64,000 bases of DNA from Maridesulfovibrio sp. (GTDB taxonomy: Bacteria > Desulfobacterota > Desulfovibrionia > Desulfovibrionales > Desulfovibrionaceae), in the NCBI GenBank assembly GCA_963676495.2, contig CAXXRF010000002.1:172626-236625 (forward strand). Reading direction: 5' to 3'. How positions within the stretch are numbered: the stretch's first letter is position 1; each line of letters begins with the position of its first letter. Positions 41,526 through 53,900 of the stretch are shown here, in pieces. The translations under genes were made by a program, and so were the position numbers. Under the pieces are notes generated by a model. That model was not told the DNA's origin. It saw only the letters and a list, made by a program, of their open reading frames with translations, and made no database searches.

Positions 41526-42866
41526 ATGAATATATTTACGGATGTAGATACTAGTATTGAGTTGGAAGGTGCACGGGATGGTTTCGGTCTTGAGGTTTTG
41601 TGGACTCAGATGGGCCAGAAAATTTTCAAGAGTAAGTTGACGCGTGTCGCTTACAATTTGCGGATGTTCACAATCAGTTTTTGTCATGTTCTCTGGGCCG
41701 GGGAATACCTGAGAAGCGAGGGCCGCAATGAACTTTTTTTTAAAAGGCTTAATTCCGGAAAGGATTGGGATTCAGAGGAGCAATTGAAGCGCAGTCTGGT
41801 CACCTGCATGGAGAATCTACTTGCTTTCAGCCTGCATAAAACGGGGGACAGTGTGCCGGGCAGTAGTAAGGCGGCGGCCAAGCTTTTGAATAATGAAAAA
41901 TTTGTTTTGTGGCCTTCAACAGCTCCTGACAAGATGCTGCTGGTAAACCAGACCAGTGTTGGTTTGCTGGGGCGGCATAAGGGGCCCATGCAGCGCATGA
42001 AGGTTCTTGAACAGGATAGTCTTGATGTTACTTCGCAGGCTGCGGAATTTTTTAATGATAATTTGGACTGGCAGGAATTCAAGAAACTTCGGGAAGCTTA
42101 TTACAAGGTCCTTGATCATTTGTTTAAGCAGAAAGAAGAGCATCGGGAAGTGCAATGGGATGGTTCGGATGGTTTATTTTCCACTCTGGTTTCATCTGCC
42201 GCCAAATGTTTCGGTTCCGGCGAAAATATTCCTGTTAAGGTACGTAAATTTTGGGAGGAGCGTATTTTCGGTAGTTCCAGGGCTGCGGTCCTGCTTTCCG
42301 AAGCAATGCCTCCGTTAGCTGAAGATTGGGATTGGAATATTGAATTTGTTTTTAAGAAGGCTTTGAGCAAAGCGGATGCAGGAAGCATAGAAAAGGGGTT
42401 GCTTCAAGATGTGGTCACTATGGAGCCGCTTCTTTCCTTGAGTTCTGCTGCTTTCTCCCTGCTGACTTATTCCGGGGCCACCAGAATTGACGATGTTGAG
42501 CAGGAACTGACCCTGCTGCACAAGAAGATAAAAGCAGAATGCGGCAGGCCTGAAGTTCAAGCGTATGTAAAAAATATAGATGACAGTGGTGATGTCTCCG
42601 GTTTTTACCGTTTGCTGGATCTGGGTGCTGCGAAAAATAATAAAATGCTGGCCGGAAAAATATTCAAGCAGCACACGGAATTGATGAAACGCAGGGGCCG
42701 TATGCCCTGGATCATTATCCGGGAGAATGAGATAAAACATACCGGATTGGTCAGTCGTGAACTGCCATGGCAGCTTGAAAGGTTGAAAAATGGCATTCCA
42801 TGGACTCATGATTATTACCTGGGATCACTGGCGGAAATTCTTAAAGGTATCGGAGGCAGAAGTTAA
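41526..42866 (+). CDS. Hypothetical protein, first gene of the unknown/PLD/helicase operon
   Basis: 446 aa; N-terminal FTDVD...GARDGFGLEVLW motif; its stop overlaps the next start (TAATG). Confidence 0.75.
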   Translation: MNIFTDVDTSIELEGARDGFGLEVLWTQMGQKIFKSKLTRVAYNLRMFTISFCHVLWAGEYLRSEGRNELFFKRLNSGKDWDSEEQLKRSLVTCMENLLAFSLHKTGDSVPGSSKAAAKLLNNEKFVLWPSTAPDKMLLVNQTSVGLLGRHKGPMQRMKVLEQDSLDVTSQAAEFFNDNLDWQEFKKLREAYYKVLDHLFKQKEEHREVQWDGSDGLFSTLVSSAAKCFGSGENIPVKVRKFWEERIFGSSRAAVLLSEAMPPLAEDWDWNIEFVFKKALSKADAGSIEKGLLQDVVTMEPLLSLSSAAFSLLTYSGATRIDDVEQELTLLHKKIKAECGRPEVQAYVKNIDDSGDVSGFYRLLDLGAAKNNKMLAGKIFKQHTELMKRRGRMPWIIIRENEIKHTGLVSRELPWQLERLKNGIPWTHDYYLGSLAEILKGIGGRS

Positions 42867-44843
42867 TGAGTGAATTCAAACTCTACTCCGAATACAAGAA
42901 ATGTCTGCAGAAAATCGTTGCCGGGGGTGGCTTGAAGGCCGCATGGTTTACTACCTTTAATATAAAGATGCAGTTTGTGGAAAAATATATTCTCCCTCCG
43001 CTGTTGAATATGAATCCCGGTCCCCAAAGTGAAGATAATGGCGAGCCTCAGCCTTTGCCGAATTGTCATATTCCCCAAAGTGAGCGTGATTATGAAGTCC
43101 TCAATCAGCAACTTAGAGCAGAAGACGCCCCTTCGATCCGTGTTTTTTGTGATGCATCCATGATAGATATCGGCGATAAGCGAACTACACTCCCGGTTAT
43201 CCCGATCAATGCCTCAGAACTTGAATTGCCGTATGAACGCGAGGCAAAGGGAGTCTTCCATCCCAAGGTTATTTTTCTTTTAGGAGCGACTTGTTCCTTT
43301 TTGATCTGCGGTTCCGCAAACCTGACCAGAGCCGGTTGGGCTTCTAACCGTGAATGTGTGGCAGGTTCTGGAATTAGGCGATGATGGCAATCCTGGGGAG
43401 GTCAGGGCTTTTTTTCAGAGGCTGGATGCTGATGAATGGAGAAGTTCTGTAGAGGGCCATTTCAATAAATGGATGTGCAATAATCCTCGAGGCGAAAGGG
43501 GGTTGAAATGGGAATTTGTCCATACTTTGAGAGGGCCGAAACCGAATTTGTGGAACGCGTGGCTTAGTCGTTCTTTGGATGGGGAAGAGCTTACGGTCTG
43601 GAGTCCTTATTTCGGGCAGGCTTCTTATCTTGTGAAAGCCATCCGCAAAATAAACGGTGCTGATTTTTCAATTCGCCTTGTTCCGAACGTAAACGGTAAT
43701 GGCAAGATAGATATTTCCGGGGATGAAGGCAAAGATTTGATGAATCTCGGAGTTCAATTCCGCAAAGATGTTGTAAGCGGGGGTACTGAGCGGTTTTCCC
43801 ATGCCAAGGTTTGGCTCTGTGGCGATACTGTTGCCATTGGTTCATGGAATTTTACCGGGGCAGGCACAGGCCTGCCCGGTCCGGATCACGTGGAAAATAT
43901 TGAGGCTGGGGTGCTTGTTTGCAATCCTGATATCAGGCAGGCATTGCCAAAATTAGATGATTGGAATGATGTCATAGAGGTTTGCCAGGAAGATTATGTG
44001 AAAAGTGAACCGCAGTCGGACCCGGGTCAAATCAAGGTGATTCCCCTTTATTTTTCATGGAAAACCAAATGCTTCAATTGGGTCGGGCCATCCCAGGAAA
44101 AGCAGAAGTACAAAATTTATCTTAACGGGGATGAAGAATCGAGTGTCTCACTGGCAAAGTGTATCTGCAACGGGTTACCGGCTGGGAAGATGCTGGTGAA
44201 ACATCTTAAAAACGACCGTTTTATCAACCTTTATAGCAACGGCCAGCGAAAGGGGTGCGCGGTGGTGGTTGAAACTGATCTGGCTCTGCGTCCTGTCTTG
44301 CGGTGCGGATCACTGGAAGAGGCTTTGATGTCATGGCTGAAACCGGATGATAGGCCGCCAGGTGAACTGCCGCATGGCGGAGGTTCCGGCGGTGGTGGTG
44401 GAGAGTCTGCACCTTATGACGTGCAAAGAAGCCTCTTCCGTCTGTTCATGGCCATGAAAGGGCTTAAAAGGTGCGTAAAAAATGCCGTGGATAGTTACGA
44501 TCCCGAAAGTCTCGCCACGGGGATTGATTCATTGGAAGCGCTTTGTGAAGGTTTGCCCGGATCATTGGATGAAATCCGTGAGCGTGTTCTTGATGCTGTA
44601 CAGAATTATTCTGATGATCAGCGGGTCTATTACTGGTTTTTATTAAATGAACTGGCAACTATCGCCGGCTTGCTTGATCAGCCGGGAAAGAAAAGGAAGC
44701 TTGGCCGACTCAATAAGTTTGGAAAAGAGATGCGAACAGAATTGCTCCATGCTGCAGAAAATATTCTGCACATTGATGGCCGCAGAACGAAGGATCTGGC
44801 TTGGGTGGAGCGTGTAGCCAAGGTGTGCGAATATGAATGCTAA
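42866..44843 (+). pseudogene. Phospholipase D-like (two HxK motifs) nuclease, frameshifted near 43355
   Basis: FHPKV...GSANLT in ORF 42866-43384 and SHAKV...GSWNFT in ORF 43350-44843; removing 1 nt gives one 658-aa ORF. Confidence 0.75.
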
Positions 44844-47542
44844 TAAACACAGTAGATTGCTCGATCCGGTTGAAGTTTCCAAATTGATGACTTTCGTGGC
44901 AAAGGATTACGGCTGGCGATACACGGCAGACAGACAAACCATGGCCGACCAGCAGGCAGAGGGGGTGGCCTTTCTTTGGGACCGTTTGGAGTCGGAAGGT
45001 GTGGCTTTGCTGGCGGATGAGGTCGGGCTAGGCAAGACTTTTCAGGCTCTGGGGGTGATGTACAAACTGTTGCACGAAAAGCCCGATGCCAGAATTTTAA
45101 TTTTTGTTCCCAGGAGTAACATCAGCGATCAGTGGGTGAAGCAGAATTATCAGTTTTACAAACAGCATCTTAAGCCGGGCTGTCGTCTTTGCTTTGGTGA
45201 GGACGAAGTCCGTCTTACAGCTGAACTAGATCTTCCGACAAATTTCATGGCTCTGCAGGCCGATGTTGAGGATAGTTGTGTTGGAAGTCCAATTTTAAAG
45301 GTTGCCCGTACCACCTGGTTCAGCCGTCTCAGTGAAGAAAGTGATGATCTATGGGAAAGTAAGCTGGACTCTTCAAGAAAAAAAGCAGCCGAACTGAAAG
45401 AACGTATCGGAGATGCTCTGGAGGCCCATAGACATACAGGCGCGGGTAAAAAAGCGGATAGGAAATTTGATCTCCTTATCGTGGATGAGGCCCATTACTA
45501 CCGCAATAAAGGCGGTGAGAGTCTCCCGGGCTGCCCGCAGCTTCGGAATTCTTTTCCGGTGTGGCTCGGCGGGTGCTGCTTCTGACCGCAACCCCTAATC
45601 ATTCGAAGTCACATGACCTGCAGAATATTATAAGTTATTTTGATTGCAAAGGGCAGTTGGCGGCGAGAATGGAGTGCTTGGGTGAAGATACCGATTTATC
45701 CACAGATATTATGCAGCTGATCGCCATTCGTCGCTTAAAGAAACTGGGAAAGGGCGTAAATAAATATTTGTACAGGCAGGAAGTCAGCAAGGGGTTTTCA
45801 TTTGAGGGACGATCTGCGTGCAGAATTATTTTTCGGGCTTTACCAGAAACAGCTGGCAGAGACTGAAGGCGGTGACAAGAGGGTCATGCATGGTTACCTT
45901 GAGGGCTTGGAATCATTCAGTGATCACAATTCAGATGAACGCGTGGGTGACGAGTCTGATTCCGGGGGCAGCAAACCCCGGCGATTTCTGGTCTACGGGA
46001 TATAGAGGTGCCTTACAAAAGGCGGTGGCGGCATACACAGATGTATTTGGTCCCAATTCTCGTCCTAGCCATCCCAAATTTAACGAATGCTCCAGTCTGG
46101 TTGTGCCTAAGATGGAGGATTTCCGCCATTCTCTACCGGAAAAACATCTAGTTTTTGTGCGCCGCATCCCTTCCGGCAATGAGCTTGCCGGGCGCGTAAA
46201 TGATTTATGGGACGATCTTTTGATTAGTGAACTTGGTGCGGAAAAGAAGCATTCCCGTTCCCGTCAGGCCTTGGAGACAAGGGTTGAAAAAAAGTTGAAA
46301 AAACAAAGCAAGAAAAGGGAAGAGCGTGATTTAGGTTATGATGAAAAGATTGAATCGGATCTGCCGGGTGCGGATGAAGGTAATGAATTTAGTGATATTC
46401 AGGGAAAGATTTTAAGTTATTTTACAGAGCAGAAAAAAGGCAGTCCCAGATATACTGTGGGCAGCCGTTTTCGAAAACTTTTAGTTACTCCAAGAAGCCC
46501 TTTTTCTTTATTCTTTTACCCCTGTGATCCGGGTCAAGACTCTGTGCGTATCAATGAGTGGGTCAAGTCCGGAGAAAGCGCGGAAACCGAAAAGATTGAT
46601 TACTGGCTTTCTGCCAAGAAGAGCAATGGGTTTGCAGAGCGGGAAGGAACCAAAAGAAAGTCCGTTCTGGAAAACGGTTTAACCGAATTCCCATCAGTTT
46701 GGACCCTGTTCTGGAAGGCGGCGCAGGAAACTGGGGATGCTGCAGAGCTTACCAAAATATGGCGTGATAGTTGGATGACTGAGTGCAGACGGCTGGCCCT
46801 CGCACAGTTCATCCGGGCCGGGTTGCTCTATGCTTCTCCTGCCCCAGTCTTTTTCCTGAAAGCTTATCTGGAAGTTTCCACAAGCGGGGTAGAGGGCTAT
46901 AAATCCTTTGTGGACAAAATGTCTGCTTCTTTTGAAACCTCTATAGTTTACCACTATATGGCTGAAAGTATCAGGTGTTTCCAGCTTTTTTGTGAAAAGC
47001 AGATTAATATCACTGATGAAAATAAACTTATGAAGGAATCGTGGAGCCTTTTTTATAATCAGCCTCCCGTATACTTCTACAGTGCTCAAACGAGAAACAC
47101 GAGTGTTTTGAACGCGTTTAATTCCCCATTTTTCCCGGCCACACTAATCGGGACATCCGTGCTGCACGAAGGTGTGGATCTGCATCGCCAGTGCCGCAAG
47201 GTTTTGCACTACGGCATGTGTTGGACTCCGGGAGATTATGAACAGCGCATCGGACGGGTGGATCGCATGCAGGGTCTTGTGGAGCGTCTGCTGGGTGATT
47301 GTAATAGCGGGCGGTGTCTTGAAAGCATCCTCCCTTATCTGGAAGACAGCGTGGATGAGGATCAGCTCGGAAATATTATGCATAAAATACGCCGTGTTGA
47401 AAAGGTCGTGGACAGGGGAGCATTCATTAGTTTTGAGAAAGAAATGAATGCCAATGAAGTTTGTGGCTGGGAAAAAAAGCTGCTCGATCCCGAGGTAAAA
47501 GTGGAAAAATTAGGAAAGGATGATCCTTATCCATACCGGTAG
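44833..47542 (+). pseudogene. SF2 (SNF2-related) helicase, multiply frameshifted
   Basis: LLADEVGLGKT, IVDEAH, LLLTATP (next frame), LVFVRRI, HEGVDLH and EQRIGRVDR motifs; removing 4 nt gives a ~901-aa ORF. Confidence 0.8.
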
Positions 47543-47559
47543 CAGAAAGGATGATCGGT

Positions 47560-47990
47560 ATAGGTATCGATATAAGGCGTCATTTGTTAATTATGCGGTT
47601 TTCAAAAATGTGGTTGAGTTGGAATAGTCGATGACCGGAAATTCTTTCGTCAATGCTTTGAGTGAGCACTAGATATCGGAAATTTCCTGTCCTTGGAGAG
47701 CGGTGCGAGCATTGAACTCATGAGTTGCAGACAATCTTTAATAAATATCAGGTTGTACTGAGACTTCAGCATGCGGCAGCGGGCTCTGAATTCAATGATG
47801 CTGATCGATGATGTGTTATCAATAAAGATTGGGATATTGGTCAAATTTTTAGCCCAATCATAAGGTTTGGATCAGTCTACATCATGCAGTTGTACAGTGC
47901 TGAGGCGTGAAAGGTAAACTCTTCCATAGCTGGCTAGTATACTGAGCATGAGTAGGCCTAGACATTTCAAGCGAAGAAATAGCTGTAATC
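47560..47990 (-). pseudogene. Decayed fragment of replicative helicase DnaB
   Basis: Minus-strand pieces AISSLEMS, IPIFIDNTSSISIIEFRARCRMLKSQYNL...DCLQLM and QEISDI*CSLKALTKE, with stops and frameshifts. Confidence 0.75.
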
Positions 47991-48140
47991 ATTTTGGAGT
48001 GGAGTGCACGTAATGAGAATATTTGGTTGAAATCCCCGTAGTGGAATTGGGAGTGAGTCGCAATACTGGAGGAGTGGTGTATTGATAATTATTTTTTTTT
48101 ATTTTAATCCGATAGCCAATATTTCTAAATGAGGATTTCG

Positions 48141-50984
48141 ATGAAAAATATTGTCCCCGCACCCGGAGCCCGTATAATTGTACGTGATGCTCAATGGCTT
48201 GTCAGAAAAGTTGAACGTACCCAAGGGAATGGTCATCTCATCTATGCAGTAGGTCTTTCGGAGTTGGTTCGAGATAAGGAAGCACAGTTTTTGACTCGTG
48301 CTGAACAGAAAATTGAAATTTTGGATCCAGCCAAGACTGAGCTCGTTCAAGACACTTCTTCCAATTATAGATCTGCAATGTTGTATATGGAGAGTCAGCT
48401 CCGAAAGACTGTTCCGACTGATAGCCATATTTATTGCGGGTACAAAGCTGCTATGGATTCTGTTGATTATCAGCTTGATCCTACAGCCCTTGCCCTTAAG
48501 CAGCCGCGACAGCGTATTTTGATTGCTGATGCTGTTGGTCTTGGTAAGACTTTGGAGTGCGGAATTCTTCTTTCTGAACTTATCCGAAGGGGACGCGGGC
48601 GGCGTGTTCTTGTGGTAACTGTAAAGAGCATGCTGACTCAGTTTCAGAAAGAGCTTTGGTCTCGTTTTTCCATTCCGCTAACAAGGCTTGATTCCGTGGG
48701 CTTAAACCGGGTTCGTGAAGATATTCCCACCAACCATAACCCATTCCATTATTACGATAAATCTATTGTTTCTGTGGATACTCTGAAACAGGATAGTGAA
48801 TATCGAACTTATCTTGAGAATGCTTGGTGGGATGTTATCATTATTGATGAAGCCCATAATGTAGCTGAGAGGGGTAAAGCTAAATCACTGCGAGCAAAAT
48901 TGGCGAATCTGTTAGCTTCAAGGTCTGACAGCTTGATTATGCTTTCCGCAACGCCGCATGATGGATCTGCCAAGAGCTTTGCTTCGCTCATGAATATGTT
49001 GGATCCTACAGCCATTGCTAATGTAGATGATTATGGGCCGGATGATATACGCGGTTTATTTATTCGTCGGTTTAAAAAGGATATTAAAAATCAGACTACA
49101 GATGAATTTAAAGAACGAGTTATTAGTTCTGTAAAAGTCCCTGCCAGTGATGCTGAGGAATGTGCGTTTAAAACTCTGAGTGATATTTCATTCGCAAAAT
49201 TGGATTCTAGAAAAGGAGCAGGGCAACTTTTCAGGACAGTTCTGGAAAAAGCCCTTTTTTCTTCGCCATCTGCATGTCTCAAAACAGTAGACAATCGAAT
49301 TGCTAAGCTTGAGAAGCAAGTTGATGCTGATGCCTTGGTCGATATTGCCGCTTTGAAGTCTTTCAGGGCGGACCTGGCAGGAATAGAATTTTCAAAATAT
49401 ACAAAATTTCAACGCCTTGTTGATTTGCTCAAGGATAAAGACAGCAGTTTTTATTTTACTGGCAAGTCTACTGATGACCGGCTGGTTATTTTCACTGAAC
49501 GGATTGAAACTCTGGATTTTTTGAAGGTACAGTTAACTAAAGCTTTAAATTTGAAAACTACGCAGGTGGCAACTTTGCGTGGTAATGATCCCGATAAAGA
49601 TCAGCAGCATGTAGTTGAAGAATTCGGAAAGGAAGGATCTTCGCTAAGGCTGCTAATTGCTACAGATGTTGCTTCGGAAGGTATCAACCTTCATTATCTT
49701 TGCCACAAGATGATTCATTTTGATGTGCCTTGGTCGTTGATGGTGTTTCAGCAGCGAAATGGCCGTATTGATCGGTATGGGCAGACTAGAACACCGTATA
49801 TCTGCTATCTGATGACAGAGAGTGAGGTTCCCGGAATTAAAGGGGATATGCGGATTCTTGAACTGTTGATTGAAAAGGACAAAGAAGCTCATAATAACAT
49901 TGGTGATCCATCTGCCTTTATGGGGGTTTACGACATCGATGCTGAAGAGAGGATTACAGCTGAAGCTATTGAATCTGGTAAATCCGTTGAGGAATTTGAA
50001 GATAGTCTGAAAAATCAGGTTGAAGAATCGGACGACCTTTTTGATTTGCTGGAAGAAGCCTGTTCGGAAGAAGTTCTTACAGAAGAGTATGAGCGTCCTG
50101 AAAAGTCTATTATGCCATCTCTTTTTGAAAGTGATTTTGACTATGCGAAAGCGGCTCTTAAACATATTGATTTGGGTCCAAAGGTCAAAGTTAGTTCTCA
50201 GGACCGCAGTATTGAAGTTCCTCTAACTGATGAACTCAAGTACCGATTCCGTAATTTCCCACGTGAGGTTATGCGGGGACGCAGCAGTTTTGTTCTTTGC
50301 GATAATAAGGATGTTATTCAGCAGGAAATCGCACGGAGCCGAAAGGAAGAAATTGCTTGGCCTAAAATCAACTACCTTTGGGAACAGGATCCGGTCGTAC
50401 AGTGGCTCTCTGATAAAGTCGTCAGCACCTTTCGCCGTCATGAGGCTCCTGTGCTCAGCCTGTCGTGGCTAGATCCGGGAGAACATATTTTCATAGTCAG
50501 TGGACTCATCCCTAACCGTAAGGGGCATCCTGTTATTCACAATTGGTTTGGGTGCCATGTGAAAACTGGAGCATTTACCGGGTTTCGTTCTCTTGAGGAA
50601 ATATCTGAACAAACTGGTCTTGGCTTAAGGACTCTTCCGAACAAAGGGATAAAAGTTGAAATAGCTCCCCTGCAAACTTTGTTGCCGGAAATAGTTGAGA
50701 TGGCGAAAAGGTATATGACAGACAAGCGTTCTGAGTTTGAGAAACGTATTAAGCCGTTGCTTGATGATCAGTTGAACCGATTGAAACGTTTGGAGAATGC
50801 CCATATGGAGCAGCATCAGTTGTTGCTTGATCTGGATAAGACCAGCCTTGAAAAGTTCAATGAAAATAATCGTGCTACGGAGAATCTGTTTGGTGACTAT
50901 AAGCAGTGGATTGAAGACACACTCAAGACAGAGAACAGCCCTTACATCAAGATTGTTGCCGTACTTACGGCGGATGGGGAATAG
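48141..50984 (+). CDS. SNF2-family helicase (DrmD-like)
   Basis: PGARIIVRDAQW, YQLDP, ILIADAVGLGKT, IIDEAH, LSATP, ASEGINL and QRNGRIDRYGQ motifs. Confidence 0.92.
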   Translation: MKNIVPAPGARIIVRDAQWLVRKVERTQGNGHLIYAVGLSELVRDKEAQFLTRAEQKIEILDPAKTELVQDTSSNYRSAMLYMESQLRKTVPTDSHIYCGYKAAMDSVDYQLDPTALALKQPRQRILIADAVGLGKTLECGILLSELIRRGRGRRVLVVTVKSMLTQFQKELWSRFSIPLTRLDSVGLNRVREDIPTNHNPFHYYDKSIVSVDTLKQDSEYRTYLENAWWDVIIIDEAHNVAERGKAKSLRAKLANLLASRSDSLIMLSATPHDGSAKSFASLMNMLDPTAIANVDDYGPDDIRGLFIRRFKKDIKNQTTDEFKERVISSVKVPASDAEECAFKTLSDISFAKLDSRKGAGQLFRTVLEKALFSSPSACLKTVDNRIAKLEKQVDADALVDIAALKSFRADLAGIEFSKYTKFQRLVDLLKDKDSSFYFTGKSTDDRLVIFTERIETLDFLKVQLTKALNLKTTQVATLRGNDPDKDQQHVVEEFGKEGSSLRLLIATDVASEGINLHYLCHKMIHFDVPWSLMVFQQRNGRIDRYGQTRTPYICYLMTESEVPGIKGDMRILELLIEKDKEAHNNIGDPSAFMGVYDIDAEERITAEAIESGKSVEEFEDSLKNQVEESDDLFDLLEEACSEEVLTEEYERPEKSIMPSLFESDFDYAKAALKHIDLGPKVKVSSQDRSIEVPLTDELKYRFRNFPREVMRGRSSFVLCDNKDVIQQEIARSRKEEIAWPKINYLWEQDPVVQWLSDKVVSTFRRHEAPVLSLSWLDPGEHIFIVSGLIPNRKGHPVIHNWFGCHVKTGAFTGFRSLEEISEQTGLGLRTLPNKGIKVEIAPLQTLLPEIVEMAKRYMTDKRSEFEKRIKPLLDDQLNRLKRLENAHMEQHQLLLDLDKTSLEKFNENNRATENLFGDYKQWIEDTLKTENSPYIKIVAVLTADGE

Positions 50985-50987
50985 AGT

Positions 50988-53900
50988 ATGGCAATTGATA
51001 TTACAGGCATCAGCAATGAAAATGAGTTTTATACCAGCCATTATATCTCCGCCGTGCTGGAAGGCGATCTGAAAGGACTTTTTCAGGAGTGGACCCGCAA
51101 GGAACAGGAAGAAAAAATTAAATCTCCAGCCAGCAAACTTGGTGCAGTAGCTAAAAGTTATTTTAAATTTCGTCGGGATCTCAACAAAGGAGCAGAAAAT
51201 GGATTTCTTGAATCTCGTCGCGTATTTGCCGAATCACTTCTCACTTCATTAGGCTATTCTTTTCATTGTGCTGAAAGGGAACTTGAGGATGGTTCTTTTT
51301 TACCAACTATAGGTGAAGTTTGTAAGAGCAGTGGAGCACCGGAGCTTTGGATTATTCAGGCGGTTGATGAATCTTGTGAGGGAATTGATCCATTTGTTCT
51401 CACTCCTGTGGAGGGGCAATTCAGGAAACATGAGCCGGCATCAGAATTACTCGAAACTTCTTTTGAAGAGTTGCTGAATCGGCAGATTTTCACCCGTGCG
51501 GAACCGCCGCGTTTTGTTCTGCTTTTTTCCGCTTTCCAACTTATACTTGTGGATCGTATTAAATGGAATCGTAAACGTATTTTGCGGTTTGACCTGCAGG
51601 AAATTTTTGATCGCCGTGAGCCTAGCACACTCAAAGCCATGGCCGCATTTCTTTGTCGCGATTCTCTGTGTCCCGAAGACGGGATGGCGCTCATTGATAC
51701 ACTTGACGAGAATTCGCATAAGCATGCTTTCGGTGTTTCTCAGGATTTGAAGTATGCTTTGCGTGAGTCAATTGAAATGCTCGGTAATGAAGCGATTTAT
51801 TATTTGCAGACTGTGCGTAAGGAAAAGACCTACGATGGAGCACTGGACCCTGATAAGCTGTCCATGGAATGTTTGCGTTACATGTATCGACTGCTTTTCC
51901 TTTTTTATATCGAAGCCCGTCCGGAATTGAATTATGTCCCCACTTCAAGTGAAGCCTACCGAACCGGCTACAGTCTTGAATCCCTGCGTGATCTGGAAAT
52001 GGTGCAGCTTACAGACGAAGAGTCGCGTAGCGGTTCATATCTTAATGACAGTTTGAACCTACTCTTTAAAATGATCTGGGACGGGTATAGCGGAGATGAT
52101 TCCGATACTGGCTCCATGCTGGATCAGACCGAAGTTCCGCGTATCGGTGAATTCGATATTGCACCGCTTAAGTCCCACCTTTTTGATCCGGCTAAGACTT
52201 CCATTCTGCGCAGGGTCACTTTTCGTAACTTCGTGCTCCAGAAGGTCATCAACCTTATGTCCCTTTCCCGCAAGGCTAACGGCAGGAAAAGGCGTGGCAG
52301 AATTTCTTATGCCCAGCTCGGTATCAACCAGCTTGGTGCTGTTTACGAGGCATTGCTTTCTTATCGTGGATTCTTCGCTGAGACCGATCTTTATGAGGTC
52401 AAAAAGGAGAAGGACAATCACGATGCTTTAGAGGCAGCTTTTTTTGTTCAGGCGCACGAGCTTGTGAAGTACAACGAATCCGAAAAGGTGCTTGATGACG
52501 AGGGCGAACCCCTGAAATATCCGAAAGGAACTTTCATCTATCGCCTTGCAGGACGGGACCGGGAAAAATCCGCTTCCTACTACACTCCGGAAGTGCTTAC
52601 CCGTTGCCTCGTCAAATATGCTCTCAAGGAACTGGTTCAGGGTAAGAGTGCGGATGATTTACTGGATTTGACTATCTGCGAGCCTGCCATGGGTTCGGCG
52701 GCGTTCTTGAACGAAGGGGTAAATCAGCTTTCAGAGCTTTACCTTGAGCGCAAACAGCAGGAGCTGGGAAAGCGTATCCCAGTTGAAGAGTACGCCCGTG
52801 AATTACAGCGGGTGAAGATGTATATTTCCGACAACAATACTTTCGGGGTGGACCTCAACCCTGTGGCCGTTGAGCTTGCTGAGGTAAGCCTGTGGCTGAA
52901 TACTATTTCAGATGAAGGGCTGGTGCCATGGTTCGGCAATCAGCTTATTTGCGGTAACTCCCTTGTAGGTGCTCGCAGGCAGGTTTGGCCTGCAAGTTTT
53001 GTTCAGAAAGGTGCCAAGAAGGGTTTCACATGGCATGATCTTCCACCGGAAAGGGTTGAACCGGATGCCAAACGTGAGAAGAACCAGATCTACCATTTTC
53101 TGCTGCCGGACAAGAACATGTCCGTGTACACCGATAAGGTGGTCAAGAAGCTGGTGCCGGATGAATTGAAAGACATCAATGATTGGCGCAAAGAGTTCAT
53201 CAAGCCTTTTTCCAAAGAGCATTCCGATCAATTACTTAAGCTTTCACGGGCAATTGATAAGCTTTGGCTGGCTCATGCTGAAAAGCAGGCCGAGCTGCGT
53301 GAACGCACCAAGGACGTGATCGTTGTCTGGGGGCAGGAAGGTCAGGGCGGAATGTCGCAGATGACTTCCGTGCAGCAGAAGGATCGTATCCTTGCTTTGG
53401 AGCAGCATTCCGAGGGCATCAAGCATGCCACTCCGTACAAGCGGCTCAAGCTGGCCATGGATTACTGGTGCGCTCTGTGGTTCTGGCCCATTGACCGTGC
53501 CGAGGACCTGCCGGACCGCGACACTTTCCTTTTTGAAATGTCCCTGTTGCTTGAAGGGGAAATTTTTCAGACTCAGACCGATACTGAAGGCAACTTTCTT
53601 TTACCAGGATTCAAACCTCAGAAGCAGGAACAGCTGGAACTGCCTTTCAAGCGAGATTTGGGTTTAGTGGATGTAGATGAAATCTGTGCCCAATTTCCCC
53701 GCTTGCAATTGGTGCGCAAACTGGCAGAGCGTTACCGCTTTCATCATTGGGAGCTGGAATTCGCTGATGTTTTCCGTAAGCGGGGCGGTTTTGATCTTAT
53801 TTTGGGGAATCCGCCGTGGCTTTTAGTGTCATGGGATGAAGGCGGGCTGATGGGCGATTATGAGCCCGAGTTTGTTTTGCGCAATTACAGTGCGTCCATG

